The notes under the pieces: generated by a model
What the model saw: only the letters and a program-made list of their open reading frames with translations
What the model was told of the DNA's origin: nothing
Databases searched by the model: none
Assembly (NCBI GenBank): GCA_963804995.1
Contig: CAWDSK010000002.1
Span: 320,001 to 384,000, forward strand
DNA length: 64,000 nucleotides
Reading direction: 5' to 3'
Source: an uncultured Acidobacteriota bacterium
GTDB lineage: Bacteria; Acidobacteriota; Terriglobia; UBA7540
Made by a program: the position numbers and the translations under genes
Part shown: one piece after another, positions 50,675 to 60,293 of the stretch
Layout of the letters: each line of letters begins with the position of its first letter
Position numbering within the stretch: the first letter of the stretch is position 1

Positions 50675-51857
50675 TCAAGCACCCCGGTAGAAGGTGACAG
50701 GGTCATCCAAGTCCCACTCGGTCGTGGCGCGAAGTCGCTTCAGGAGATCGCGCTGTCCATTTTCGTCCAGGTACGGATCTTTCATGACCGCTCCCATAAG
50801 CGCGATGGAACCCGGCATTTTGGGGGTCAGCCGGGTGGTGGGAGGCTCCTTCTCATGGCCTTTCCATTCTGTTCCGGCGAAATACCGCCAGTCATAGGAA
50901 TAGGCCTTCTTCCCGCGGTCGGCGGCGAGCCGCGCCCAGCGGTAGGCATGGGCCGTCCTCTGTTCGATAGAGAGCGGGGAAGGTTTTCCATCAGGAAACA
51001 AAATCGTCCGCGAGAGATGCGTGAAGGGTTGAAAGCGCGGGTCTGCGTCCAACCATGCCGTGAATGACGCTTCATCGTCGGTGTTCCAACCGAAGATGTA
51101 ATGAATCGGTTTGGCCAAACCTTCGAGACCGGCCGCCATGGCTTCGGAGGTTGCCTTGCCCCCCGTGTCATTCATGTGCAGCATGACCTCGACATCAGGC
51201 TTGATCTTTTTAAGCTGCTCGGTCACGAAATTCACCATGAAGGTATCCAACTGGAAGCGGTTGAGGGCCCGGCACTGATCGCAGATGCAGTTCTGGGAAG
51301 TCTCCGGGGGCGGCTCGAACACGATTCCATCCATCTGGGGCTTCGAGCCTTTTGGCCAGCGTCTTGGCCACCCAGGCTCGTGTCTCGGGATCGTGCGGGC
51401 AAAGCGCCACCTTCGTTCCTTGGGCGCTCATCCGCAGCAAATGAGCAGGTGCGTTGGGCTCTGCCATTTTGGTTTCGGGTTCCCCGCTGGCGAAGACATA
51501 ACAGGCTCTCGCCACTCGGAACCCAAGGGAATGCGCGTAGGTGGAGGCTTTTGCCCAGGCGTCCTCAAATTCCGGAGCGTTCGTCCAAAATACAATAAGC
51601 CAGTTCAAACCCGCTTCGTGTACGTGGTCAAGATAGCGGTAGTTGACTGAAATGTCCTGGGGGCGAGTGGACCAGCCCTGGCGCTTGAAAATGTTCCAAC
51701 CGGTATCCTGCGAGGTCCGAACCTCAAATCCTCCTGTAATCTTCTCCGCGCCAGACAAATTCCCGAGCCCCACCAAAGTGGAACCTGCCAAAACCTTCAG
51801 CAGGTTTCTTCGGGACAGCGGAGCCTTGGGTGCCTCGGCTGATAGCTTGGGTTTCAT
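50675..51857 (-). pseudogene. Tat-exported hypothetical protein (possible glycoside-hydrolase-like barrel) split by a +1 frameshift near 51345
   Basis: SRRNLLK twin-arginine signal; CPHDP in one frame, DGIVFE...CICDQC in another. Confidence 0.65.
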
Positions 51858-52094
51858 CGCGCGAGCTCCTTCCGTTTGAGGACTGAACCACAAATGCCGT
51901 GCGGCCTGACGGCGAGATCATCGTAAACCGAGGGCTCGTTACCCGCCAGTTAAAAAAGCTCCGAGGTGGCATCGCCTGGAATGAGCAGTGTTTAAATGCA
52001 AGCGGAGGGGGATGGTGGTCAGGGAAGGGAGCCATCGAGCAGCAGCCGGTCGTCGTCGACCAGCAGAACCCGGGGGCGATCGAGTTCGGCCAAG

Positions 52095-53306
52095 TCAGGC
52101 CTCCGCCAAAAGTACATGCACACTTGCCGCCATGACCCGCCAGTCCGAGAGTTGCTGTTCGACACCAAAAGCTACCAACTCCTCCAGGAGGGGGTCGGGG
52201 TGCTTTTCCAAAGGAACGTTGAGGGGTGGCGCTTCCTGTTCGTGCGCCAGGACGTTGGCGGCATAGACGGCTGAAACCGCGTCGAAATTCTGATGCGGCA
52301 CGCGGTTGGGGCCATGGTGAAGGGCTACAGCCTCCACCACAGAGTAAGGTAGTCCCCACAACCCCAGAAGATAGGCCCCAATCTCCGCGTGACCGAACCC
52401 GTACTCACGCTCTTCCACCGTGTAAAGGGGGCAATTTTCCTCTGCAGCTTCACGGAGCTGCTTCGCGAATCGGTCGGGCAGCTTCCAGGCCAGGATGAGC
52501 TTCCCCACGTCATGAAGCATGCCCGCCACCAGGGCAACATCGACCAGGTGTTTGGGAATCGGCAGGCGTGCCGCGACATTGGCGGTGAAGCGCGCATGGC
52601 GTTGCAGTTCCTCCAGGCAGAAACCCGGCACAGGCTTCTTGGGCTTGAATATCCGAAAGATTTCCACGGAAAGGATCAGGCTCTTGAGCGTGTTGATGCC
52701 GACGTAGCTGACGGCACTTTGAATATTGGTGATGGAGCGCGAGACGCCGAAGAATGCGGAGTTGACCAACTGGAGAATCTTGGCGGAGATCCCCACATCC
52801 TGCTCGACGATTTTGGCCACCTTTAGGAGAGAGGTGTCCGGGTCCTCCAAACACTGCGTCAACGCCTCATAGGTGCGGGGGAGGGACGGCAGATCTCCCA
52901 GAGCGCCGACGGTGCTGCGGATGGACTCATCGTGGAGCAGCGCCTTCAGATGGCAGGCCCTCTCGACGGCAACGCGCAGCATTTCAGCGTCACACGGCTT
53001 GGCTAGGAATTGGTGGGCGACGGGAACCACGCGCAAGGCCGTGGAAAGCTCCGTGTGACCGGAAAGTACAATGCGCACCACATGGGGAAACTTCTCGCGC
53101 ACCTGGCAGAGCAAGGCCGCTCCATCCATTCCGGGCATGCGCATATCCGAGATAATTACGTCAAAGGAGGAGGCTTCCATCAAGGCCAGCGCAGCGTCCC
53201 CGTTGGGGGCGAAAGCCATCTCCCAGTCGTGGCGTTGGGGACGCAGCATACGCCGCATGCCCTCCAGATTCCTGGGCTCGTCATCTACAAAAATTAATCG
53301 TCTCAT
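52095..53306 (-). CDS. Response regulator with HDOD domain
   Basis: REC (VDDE, SDMRMP) plus LPSLP, KILQLVNSAFF, LHDVGKL, HAEIGAYLL..WGLP. Confidence 0.93.
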   Translation of the reverse strand: MRRLIFVDDEPRNLEGMRRMLRPQRHDWEMAFAPNGDAALALMEASSFDVIISDMRMPGMDGAALLCQVREKFPHVVRIVLSGHTELSTALRVVPVAHQFLAKPCDAEMLRVAVERACHLKALLHDESIRSTVGALGDLPSLPRTYEALTQCLEDPDTSLLKVAKIVEQDVGISAKILQLVNSAFFGVSRSITNIQSAVSYVGINTLKSLILSVEIFRIFKPKKPVPGFCLEELQRHARFTANVAARLPIPKHLVDVALVAGMLHDVGKLILAWKLPDRFAKQLREAAEENCPLYTVEEREYGFGHAEIGAYLLGLWGLPYSVVEAVALHHGPNRVPHQNFDAVSAVYAANVLAHEQEAPPLNVPLEKHPDPLLEELVAFGVEQQLSDWRVMAASVHVLLAEA

Positions 53307-53614
53307 GCCGTCTTCGCCTCCATAGAGCATCCCACCAGGGAGGCCAGAAAGGCCTGCGCTTTCTCCGCCGGAATACGATCTGTCACGTCCTGGCCTGTAT
53401 CCATAACTCAATACGCTGGTTACAAGGTCTTATAGACAATATGGCCTTCCAGTTCGGTCCCGGAGTTCCCGCCTGCGCGGGAGCACAGACCCTTTTCAAG
53501 CTATCTTTCCTTACTATCGGTGTCTTGAGCGAATTCTTGAGGAGAAACTGAGGAAGCAAGCAATGCGTCTTGCCGGCTGCGCCAGCCGCGAGGGTTGTGG
53601 TATGCTCTGCGGAA

Positions 53615-53818
53615 ATGGACGGGAAGAATAAGCTCTACTTTGGCGATAACCTGAAAATTCACCGCGACCACGTCACGGTCTCAAGCGACAACTACAACGT
53701 GCTCTTCAAAAGGAATGTAGCGCAGGGCCCGCACTCCCACCCTGCGTTTTTTCAACTGTTTCCCGCCGCGCAGATCACGGCCTTTGATGCCACAAGAGAG
53801 TCGGACGCGAATTCGTGA
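53615..53818 (+). pseudogene. 5' remnant of a DNA methyltransferase
   Basis: NKLYFGDNL...YNVLFK...AQITAFD; catalytic DPP motif absent. Confidence 0.7.
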
Positions 53819-53851
53819 TAACATCCCTGGAATGCAGATTCGAGGCAAGCA

Positions 53852-54784
53852 GTGACGCGCTACACTCTATATCTCGGCGATTGCCTCTCCTGGATGGAGA
53901 AAAGGGATAGGAACTCCATTCACGCTATTGTCACCGATCCCCCCTACGGACTGAAGGAATACACAACCGTGGAGAAGGAAAAACTTCGAAACGGGAACGG
54001 GGGGGTGTGGCGGATTCCTCCGTCATTTGATGGCTGTAAGCGCGCCCCTTTGCCGCGTTTTACGGTCCTTACCGAGAGTGATCGTGCCAAGCTACAAAGC
54101 TTTTTCTCGGAATTTGCCCGCCGGGCGGTTCGCGTGCTGGTACCGGGCGGGCATTTGTTTGTGGCGACAAATCCCCTGCTGTCACACCTTGTTTATGTGC
54201 CGTTCGTTGAGGCGGGCTTCGAAAAGCGTGGCGAGATCATCCGCCTCGTCAAGACCCTGCGAGGGGGGGACCGCCCGAAGAACGCCCACGGGGAGTTTGC
54301 TCACGTCACGGTGATGCCACGGTCGGGCTGGGAGCCGTGGGGTCTATTCCGCAAGCCGTGTGAAGGTCGAGTTCAGGACAATCTACGCAAATGGAAAACG
54401 GGTGGGCTTCGGCGGGTTTCACCGGAGAGACCCTTCGAGGATATCATTCGCTCAGCGCCCACCCGCGCCGCCGAACGAGCCATTGCTCCGCATCCCTCAT
54501 TGAAACCCCAAGCCTTCATGCGGCAGGTCGTGCGCGCCTCGCTTCCGCTCGGCGTCGGGGTTGTGCTTGACCCGTTCATGGGGGGCGGATCAACCGTCGC
54601 TGCCGCGATGGCAGTGGGCTACGATAGCATCGGAATTGAAAGTGATCCGGTATTTTACCGCATGGCCGAACGGGCCATACCCGATCTCGCGAAACTGAGT
54701 GCCGAAGGTAAGCCTTCCCCTGCTACGTCGGTTCGTCGCGTGCCGCACGATGACCGAGTGCTTTCGTTGCCCTTCCAGGTGTGA
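53852..54784 (+). CDS. N4/N6 DNA methyltransferase, beta class
   Basis: VTDPPY, HPSLKP, VLDPFMGGGST. Confidence 0.92.
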   Translation: MTRYTLYLGDCLSWMEKRDRNSIHAIVTDPPYGLKEYTTVEKEKLRNGNGGVWRIPPSFDGCKRAPLPRFTVLTESDRAKLQSFFSEFARRAVRVLVPGGHLFVATNPLLSHLVYVPFVEAGFEKRGEIIRLVKTLRGGDRPKNAHGEFAHVTVMPRSGWEPWGLFRKPCEGRVQDNLRKWKTGGLRRVSPERPFEDIIRSAPTRAAERAIAPHPSLKPQAFMRQVVRASLPLGVGVVLDPFMGGGSTVAAAMAVGYDSIGIESDPVFYRMAERAIPDLAKLSAEGKPSPATSVRRVPHDDRVLSLPFQV

Positions 54785-55416
54785 GCAGGGGTTAGGAGGA
54801 ACGTTTGGGCTTTGATGCAGAAGGGTTCGACAGAGACGTACCGCTTCCCCCTGACTTTAAGGTATCGCACATCCGGAAGGCTATCGAATACATTGAAAGA
54901 GAAGCCACTGAGCTTATTGAGGTCTACTACGAGCAAGCGAATGTGTTTAGTGGCTTGGTGGGAATCTTCGGTGTGCGAGCATTGCATTCGCTGAGCCCTT
55001 ACAAAAAGCATAAACACCCGGATGTGGCGCAGCAACGATTCCCGGATATGTCCCTGGGTGGCAAGCTGAATCCCCCTCCCGAGCAGGCCTTGGAGTCAAA
55101 GGGAACCACCCGTCCCTGGACCTTGCAGTCGCATTATAACCATGCGGGCTGGTATATCGTATGGCGGTATTTGGTCGATCCCGCCAAGATTATCAAGGCC
55201 GGAAAATCAGTGGTTATCTGGAGGGTCGACGTTGCCTTCCTTCATGAGGACGACTGGAAATACGAGGGGAGCAAAGCCGGCGAGGGTTGAGGCGGGCGAA
55301 CCCATACTTTTGGCATTAAACTCCCCGCGAGTCGCTTCGCAGGCGCCATTGTTTACCGCCATCCCAAGATTGTGCTGCGTCAAAGCAAACCAACCCTTGC
55401 CAATGGCGAGGCGTAA
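54781..55416 (+). pseudogene. Putative restriction endonuclease with two in-frame stops
   Basis: GTGA overlap with the MTase stop; FPD...LESK PD-(D/E)xK-like motif; TAG at 54793 and TGA at 55288; frame stays open to 55416. Confidence 0.6.
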
Positions 55417-55473
55417 CCGGCTGCAACCCCAATTGGATTTGACCACCGACGACCCGCACCAAAGAAGATGGTC

Positions 55474-55702
55474 CATCGGCGCTCCTATGACCCTGCGCCA
55501 AGCCACCAAGCCGATGCTCACGGAAGCCGCCGCCACAGGCTTCTACGAGTCAAAAGACTTTCCGGGCCGCTATCCCCGCCTCCAAATCCTCACCATCGCC
55601 GAATTACTGGCGGGAAAGGAACTCGAATACCCAACCCACCGCGTCGAAACGTTCGCCAAAGCGGAGAGGAAGACGAAACACGAGCAGGAAGACTTGTTCT
55701 GA
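55474..55702 (+). pseudogene. 3' remnant of a methyltransferase(-endonuclease) gene
   Basis: TKPMLTEAAATGFY...YPRLQILTIAELLAG...TFAKA. Confidence 0.65.
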
Positions 55703-55784
55703 CACAACCCAGTGCCGGGCTATAATTCACGACGGTCTTAAACGTAAAATCTGACCTCCGGGTGAGGACCCAGTCAGGACAAGC

Positions 55785-56729
55785 ATGATGCCGGCGAGGG
55801 ACATCCCGAACCCCAAAGAATCGCGTCCACCTCAACTCGCCATGCAGCTTTCCCTGGTGGTCGGCTTCTTCATGCTCGGCGCAAAAGCACTTGCCTATTG
55901 GATGACCGGATCCGCGGCTATCCTTGCCGACGCTGCCGAATCGGTTGTCCACGTGGTGGCGGTTTCCTTTGCCGCCTATAGCCTCGGGTTGAGCCGCAAG
56001 CCTCCTGACCCCACCCATCATTACGGTCATGAAAAGATTGCATTCTTTTCGGCTGGGTTCGAGGGCGCCATGATTGCGCTTGCGGCGTTTTATATCGTCT
56101 ATGAGTCAATTCACAGGTTGGTTGCGGGCCCCAAACTGGAGAACCTGGGGGCAGGCACTTTACTCGTTCTGGTCGCCGGTCTAATCAACGGAGCTCTGGG
56201 CGGCTATGTCGTGTGGGTTGGAAAGAAGCATGGGTCGTTGATCTTAGTGGCCGATGGTAGACACGTTCTCACCGACTGCTTGACCAGTCTCGGTGTCATC
56301 GTGGGACTTGCTTTGACCATCCTTACTGGCTGGCTGCGCTTTGATCCTATCGTTGCGATCCTTGTCGCCCTGAACATCCTTTGGATAGGGAGCAAGTTGA
56401 TTCGCCAATCGATCGGTGGGTTGATGGACGAAGTCGATCCGACGACCCAGGCTCAAATCCAGCGACTGCTCATCGAGATGACATCCGAAGGCGGGGTTGA
56501 GTTTCATGGGTTGCGGCTTCGTAATGCTGGCAATACAACTTGGGTAGAATTCCACCTACTCTTTCCCAAAGACACTTCTTTGGAATCTGCTCATTCGCTG
56601 GCCACGAAAATTGAAGAGAGGATTCAACAAGGTTCGACCATGAGAACCGAAGTGATCAGCCATTTGGAAACACTGGAGGACCACCATGAGGTCCACAGTC
56701 GTGGTCACTTTGAAAAGTTCGACGTATAA
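55785..56729 (+). CDS. Cation diffusion facilitator transporter
   Basis: TGSAAILADA, HHYGHEK, ADGRHVLTD. Confidence 0.93.
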   Translation: MMPARDIPNPKESRPPQLAMQLSLVVGFFMLGAKALAYWMTGSAAILADAAESVVHVVAVSFAAYSLGLSRKPPDPTHHYGHEKIAFFSAGFEGAMIALAAFYIVYESIHRLVAGPKLENLGAGTLLVLVAGLINGALGGYVVWVGKKHGSLILVADGRHVLTDCLTSLGVIVGLALTILTGWLRFDPIVAILVALNILWIGSKLIRQSIGGLMDEVDPTTQAQIQRLLIEMTSEGGVEFHGLRLRNAGNTTWVEFHLLFPKDTSLESAHSLATKIEERIQQGSTMRTEVISHLETLEDHHEVHSRGHFEKFDV

Positions 56730-56904
56730 GGTCTGCCGAAATCCAAATCTCCGCGGGCCGGCGCTTGCGTCGGCCTTGGCCGGGGCGAGCCTCGGCCCTA
56801 CAAATCCACGGGACATCCGCCTTGCATGTTAAGTTGAGGTCCTGCCGCGCTACACCCCTGCGTGCAGGGACAATTTCGGACAATCAGTCTCCCCTCCTGT
56901 ACGA

Positions 56905-57477
56905 TTTGGGCTACCGGTAGCCCACGCGTACATCTTCCGCTTGCAATTACCCCTACGATAAATGTTAATCTATATATTAAGCGCTCGAAGGTGCGCGCCA
57001 GGTGCTGGGGGCTGAGGAGAAACAGCAGGCAGAAGGCAGTAGGCAGAAGGCAGCCAGCGCCCTTTGCGAGTCCCGAGTCCCGGATCCCGAACCCCGCCCC
57101 TTGGAGGGTCCCATGTCGCTCGCCAAGAAAGCCATCTTTCACCAATCTGCTGCTGAAAATCAAACACCGAGAGGGCAAAATGGAACCCGTGGAAGCGGGC
57201 GAAGAGGACCTTCTAACCCAATATATACTAGAAAACAAAGGAACTTAAGGGTGGGATGGCAGAAATGTCCAAACGCCTATGCATTTGAAATAACACAACT
57301 TAGTTAGATCCGACGGAGTGGGTGCAGGGAAAAAGGGGGAATTAAAAATGAAGGTTGAACCCATTATGTTATTGAAAACACATGTAGAAAAAATTTCAGT
57401 CTCCATTGAACCCATTATATTATTGAAAAATAAGCTAGTTAGTGTTGCTAACCCATTATGTTGATGAAAAGAAAGGG
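56905..57477 (+). repeat. Dispersed AT-rich non-coding element, copy 2
   Basis: Reverse-complement homolog of 8170-8755. Confidence 0.9.
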
Positions 57478-57573
57478 GGTTACGTAAAGAGCAGAGGAAT
57501 CCGCACTCTTTGCCCTTATCGTCGGGCAGGCGCTTGGCGGTCGTGATAGATTGGGTGAGGGGAAATTGGTGAC

Positions 57574-58833
57574 ATGGAGCAACGACACAGTTTCGCATGG
57601 ATGGACCTGCTGTGGCTGGCATTCCTGGCTGGGTTGGCCGTGCTCACGCCCGGTCTGGATATAATCCACAAACAGCTCATCCTGCTCGCCATTGGGGTGT
57701 TCCAAATCTTCGAGTACCGCTTCCTGGGGTGGTTTCCCCAGCGCGGGCGCACTTACAGCGTGATCCTGAAAATCCTGCTGGCGTCAATGCTGGTGGATCA
57801 CACCAATAAAATCAATAGTAGCTACTGGCCGATCTACTTCGTACCTGTGGTCACGGCGGCGATGTACTTCGATCTGTGGGCCACGCTGGCATGGACAGCG
57901 TTGACGTCGGCGGCTTACTGGTCCTTCGTGCTCTGGGAGTTGAGTGCATACGAATTGACGGGGGAAGGCGCCGCCGAACTAGCCCTCCGCAACCTGTTTT
58001 TCTTTCTTGCTGCCATTATCGTCAATCGTTTCGTGACGGAGAATCGCCAGCAAGCGAGGCGCTACCGGGAGCTCGCTGAGACCCTGGCGGAGACCAATCG
58101 CCGGTTGGAACAGGCACAAGACGAGGCGCGGCGCTCCGAGCGGCTGGCGGCGCTGGGTCAGCTTTCGGCGGGTCTGGCGCACGAATTAAGGAATCCGCTG
58201 GCGGTAATCAAAGGCTCGGCGGAAACGCTGACTCGCAAGCTGGCGGCGGCGGACCCAGTGACCATTGAAGTCGCGGGCTATATTTCCAGTGAAGTGAACC
58301 GCATGAACGTCATCGTGACACGCTTTCTGGATTTTGCGCGGCCCCTCAAACTCGACCGGCAACGCGAGCTAATTCCGGCTCTTATCGAGCAGGCGCTTAA
58401 AGCTGCGCACGATCGCTGGCCGGACGCCAAGGTGCAAGTGGAGCGGGGATTCGCGGGCACCCTGCCGGAAATCTCTGTGGACCGCGAATTGATGGAGCAG
58501 GCGTTCACGAACCTGGTGCTCAATGCCTACGAAGCCATGGGCGCCGAGGGCGGCAAGCTGCGGGTGGCCATCAAACCGGCGGAGTCCGAGGGGCGGCGGG
58601 GAGTGGAAATCACTTTCAAAGACACGGGGCCGGGTATCCCTGCCGAACTGTGCGAGCAGATTTTCAATCCCTTCTTTACGACCAAGGAGAGCGGCGTAGG
58701 GTTGGGGCTCTCGATTGTTTCCAAGATCGTAGACGACCACCGCGGGCTGCTTCGCGTTGAGAGCGAGCCCGGTAATGGCGCGTGCTTCACGGTCTTCCTG
58801 CCCGAGGACGAACCTCCAGCGGCGGCCTCGTAA
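57574..58833 (+). CDS. Membrane sensor histidine kinase (NtrB-like)
   Basis: TM helices, AHELRNPL, NLVLNA, DTGPG, GVGLGL. Confidence 0.94.
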   Translation: MEQRHSFAWMDLLWLAFLAGLAVLTPGLDIIHKQLILLAIGVFQIFEYRFLGWFPQRGRTYSVILKILLASMLVDHTNKINSSYWPIYFVPVVTAAMYFDLWATLAWTALTSAAYWSFVLWELSAYELTGEGAAELALRNLFFFLAAIIVNRFVTENRQQARRYRELAETLAETNRRLEQAQDEARRSERLAALGQLSAGLAHELRNPLAVIKGSAETLTRKLAAADPVTIEVAGYISSEVNRMNVIVTRFLDFARPLKLDRQRELIPALIEQALKAAHDRWPDAKVQVERGFAGTLPEISVDRELMEQAFTNLVLNAYEAMGAEGGKLRVAIKPAESEGRRGVEITFKDTGPGIPAELCEQIFNPFFTTKESGVGLGLSIVSKIVDDHRGLLRVESEPGNGACFTVFLPEDEPPAAAS

Positions 58834-58872
58834 ATGTGCAGCGATCAAGCGCGGGACCGAAATCCCGACCGT

Positions 58873-59580
58873 CTATTTGGGATGGAATGCCTCGCCACCA
58901 TGGGGCGAGATCTTGGTCAGTTCCGTGATCAGCGGAAGAGCCGCCGTCGGCACCTTCACCGCGCCCTTGAAGAGGATATCTTCAGGGGCCACCTTGCGGC
59001 CGTAAAGCTTCGCGTTGGCGTCGTCATCCTGCTTGAGAATCTGCCCATCCAGAGAGACGCCGGCAAAGGCGCCCCGCGAACGCGAGTAGGTGAGGATCTC
59101 CGCATGAAGTTGCAGGTCCGTAGAACCTTCTGCGCTGCGGCCCACGGGACCACCGGCGGCAGAAGCGTCCGCGCCCAGTTTGGTCTTATCGTGCAGGAGT
59201 TTTTCCGCGCCCCGGGCATTCATGACGAGCAGGACAAAGTCCGTGGCTTGGCCCCCGATCTGGAAACCGACGTTGGCGCCGCCCACCGTGAACATGGAGG
59301 GCGCATCCCAGGGCCCGTTGCCATTGCGCCGGCAGATCAGCGCACCGCGCCCGTAGCTGCCGCCCAGGCCCAGAGCGAGTTTCTTTTCCGAGGGGATGAT
59401 GCCTACGCACACCGACTTTGCAAGCAGGTCTTGCGGAATACCCTTTTCGGGAGTCCTCATGATGTCGGTAAGGACTTCCGCCGAGTTTTCCAGCCGCTCC
59501 GATTCCTTGTCAGCGGCCAGGGCAACGCACAGTGCACCACACCACAGGAGTGAAAAACTTACCGTCAGCACATATCGCAT
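58873..59580 (-). CDS. Ysc84/SYLF lipid-binding domain protein
   Basis: Signal peptide, GFQIG, AAGGPVGR, YSRSRGAFAG. Confidence 0.92.
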   Translation of the reverse strand: MRYVLTVSFSLLWCGALCVALAADKESERLENSAEVLTDIMRTPEKGIPQDLLAKSVCVGIIPSEKKLALGLGGSYGRGALICRRNGNGPWDAPSMFTVGGANVGFQIGGQATDFVLLVMNARGAEKLLHDKTKLGADASAAGGPVGRSAEGSTDLQLHAEILTYSRSRGAFAGVSLDGQILKQDDDANAKLYGRKVAPEDILFKGAVKVPTAALPLITELTKISPHGGEAFHPK

Positions 59581-60033
59581 CGCGAACTCCTCCAGCGAGA
59601 AATGTGGTTGCGCAAGCCCGCAACCAGGGTTTGAGAATTTGAGACCGTGAACACCCTTGAACTTTCTTATTCTGCCACAGACTGGCGCGAGAGAGAAAAA
59701 ATTTGGTCCCTTAAGGGTGGAGGTTCAATTTGATGTAGAGACGGCGGAACGTTTCCCGATCTCATCGGGATGCCGCCATGTGGCGAGATGGACTCGCCCG
59801 TACAGCATCAAGAATACAACACCAGTCGAGCGCCTGAATTCTGACCCATCGCGGAGAGGCTCGTGTGCTAATCTATTAAAGGCTGGCGTAATTCTTGGTC
59901 CGAAATTCCCGTGGCGCGAAGTGGGGTACGGCGCGAAGGACCTGCAGCCCCGGTAACCCGCGCGGCACAGCAGATTGGAAAGGGGATACTTGCTTCGGCT
60001 CTTCCCAGCCAGCTCCAATCAGTTTCTAGGTAC

Positions 60034-60110
<77 letters not shown>

Positions 60111-60293
60111 TCCTTAACCGTGTGAAATCCACATTCCCACCGCTGAATTTCGTTGCGACGAATTCGGGACTCGCGGAAGGCGGAAGAGAGTCGATCGGAT
60201 CATTCTGGAGGGAGAGAAAGGACCGCCAGGGGTTGGTAGTGACAATCGGGTGTATACTTTCGATCGCCCTAAAGCGAATTCTGGTTGGAATAG

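Noticed and set aside
54781..55416. Stop-codon recoding or alternative genetic code
   Set aside because: TAG and TGA terminate normal genes throughout the window; point inactivation is simpler
57245..57622. 125-aa protein encoded by the AT-rich element
   Set aside because: The equivalent frame in copy 1 contains stops (ATGGGTTAG repeats)
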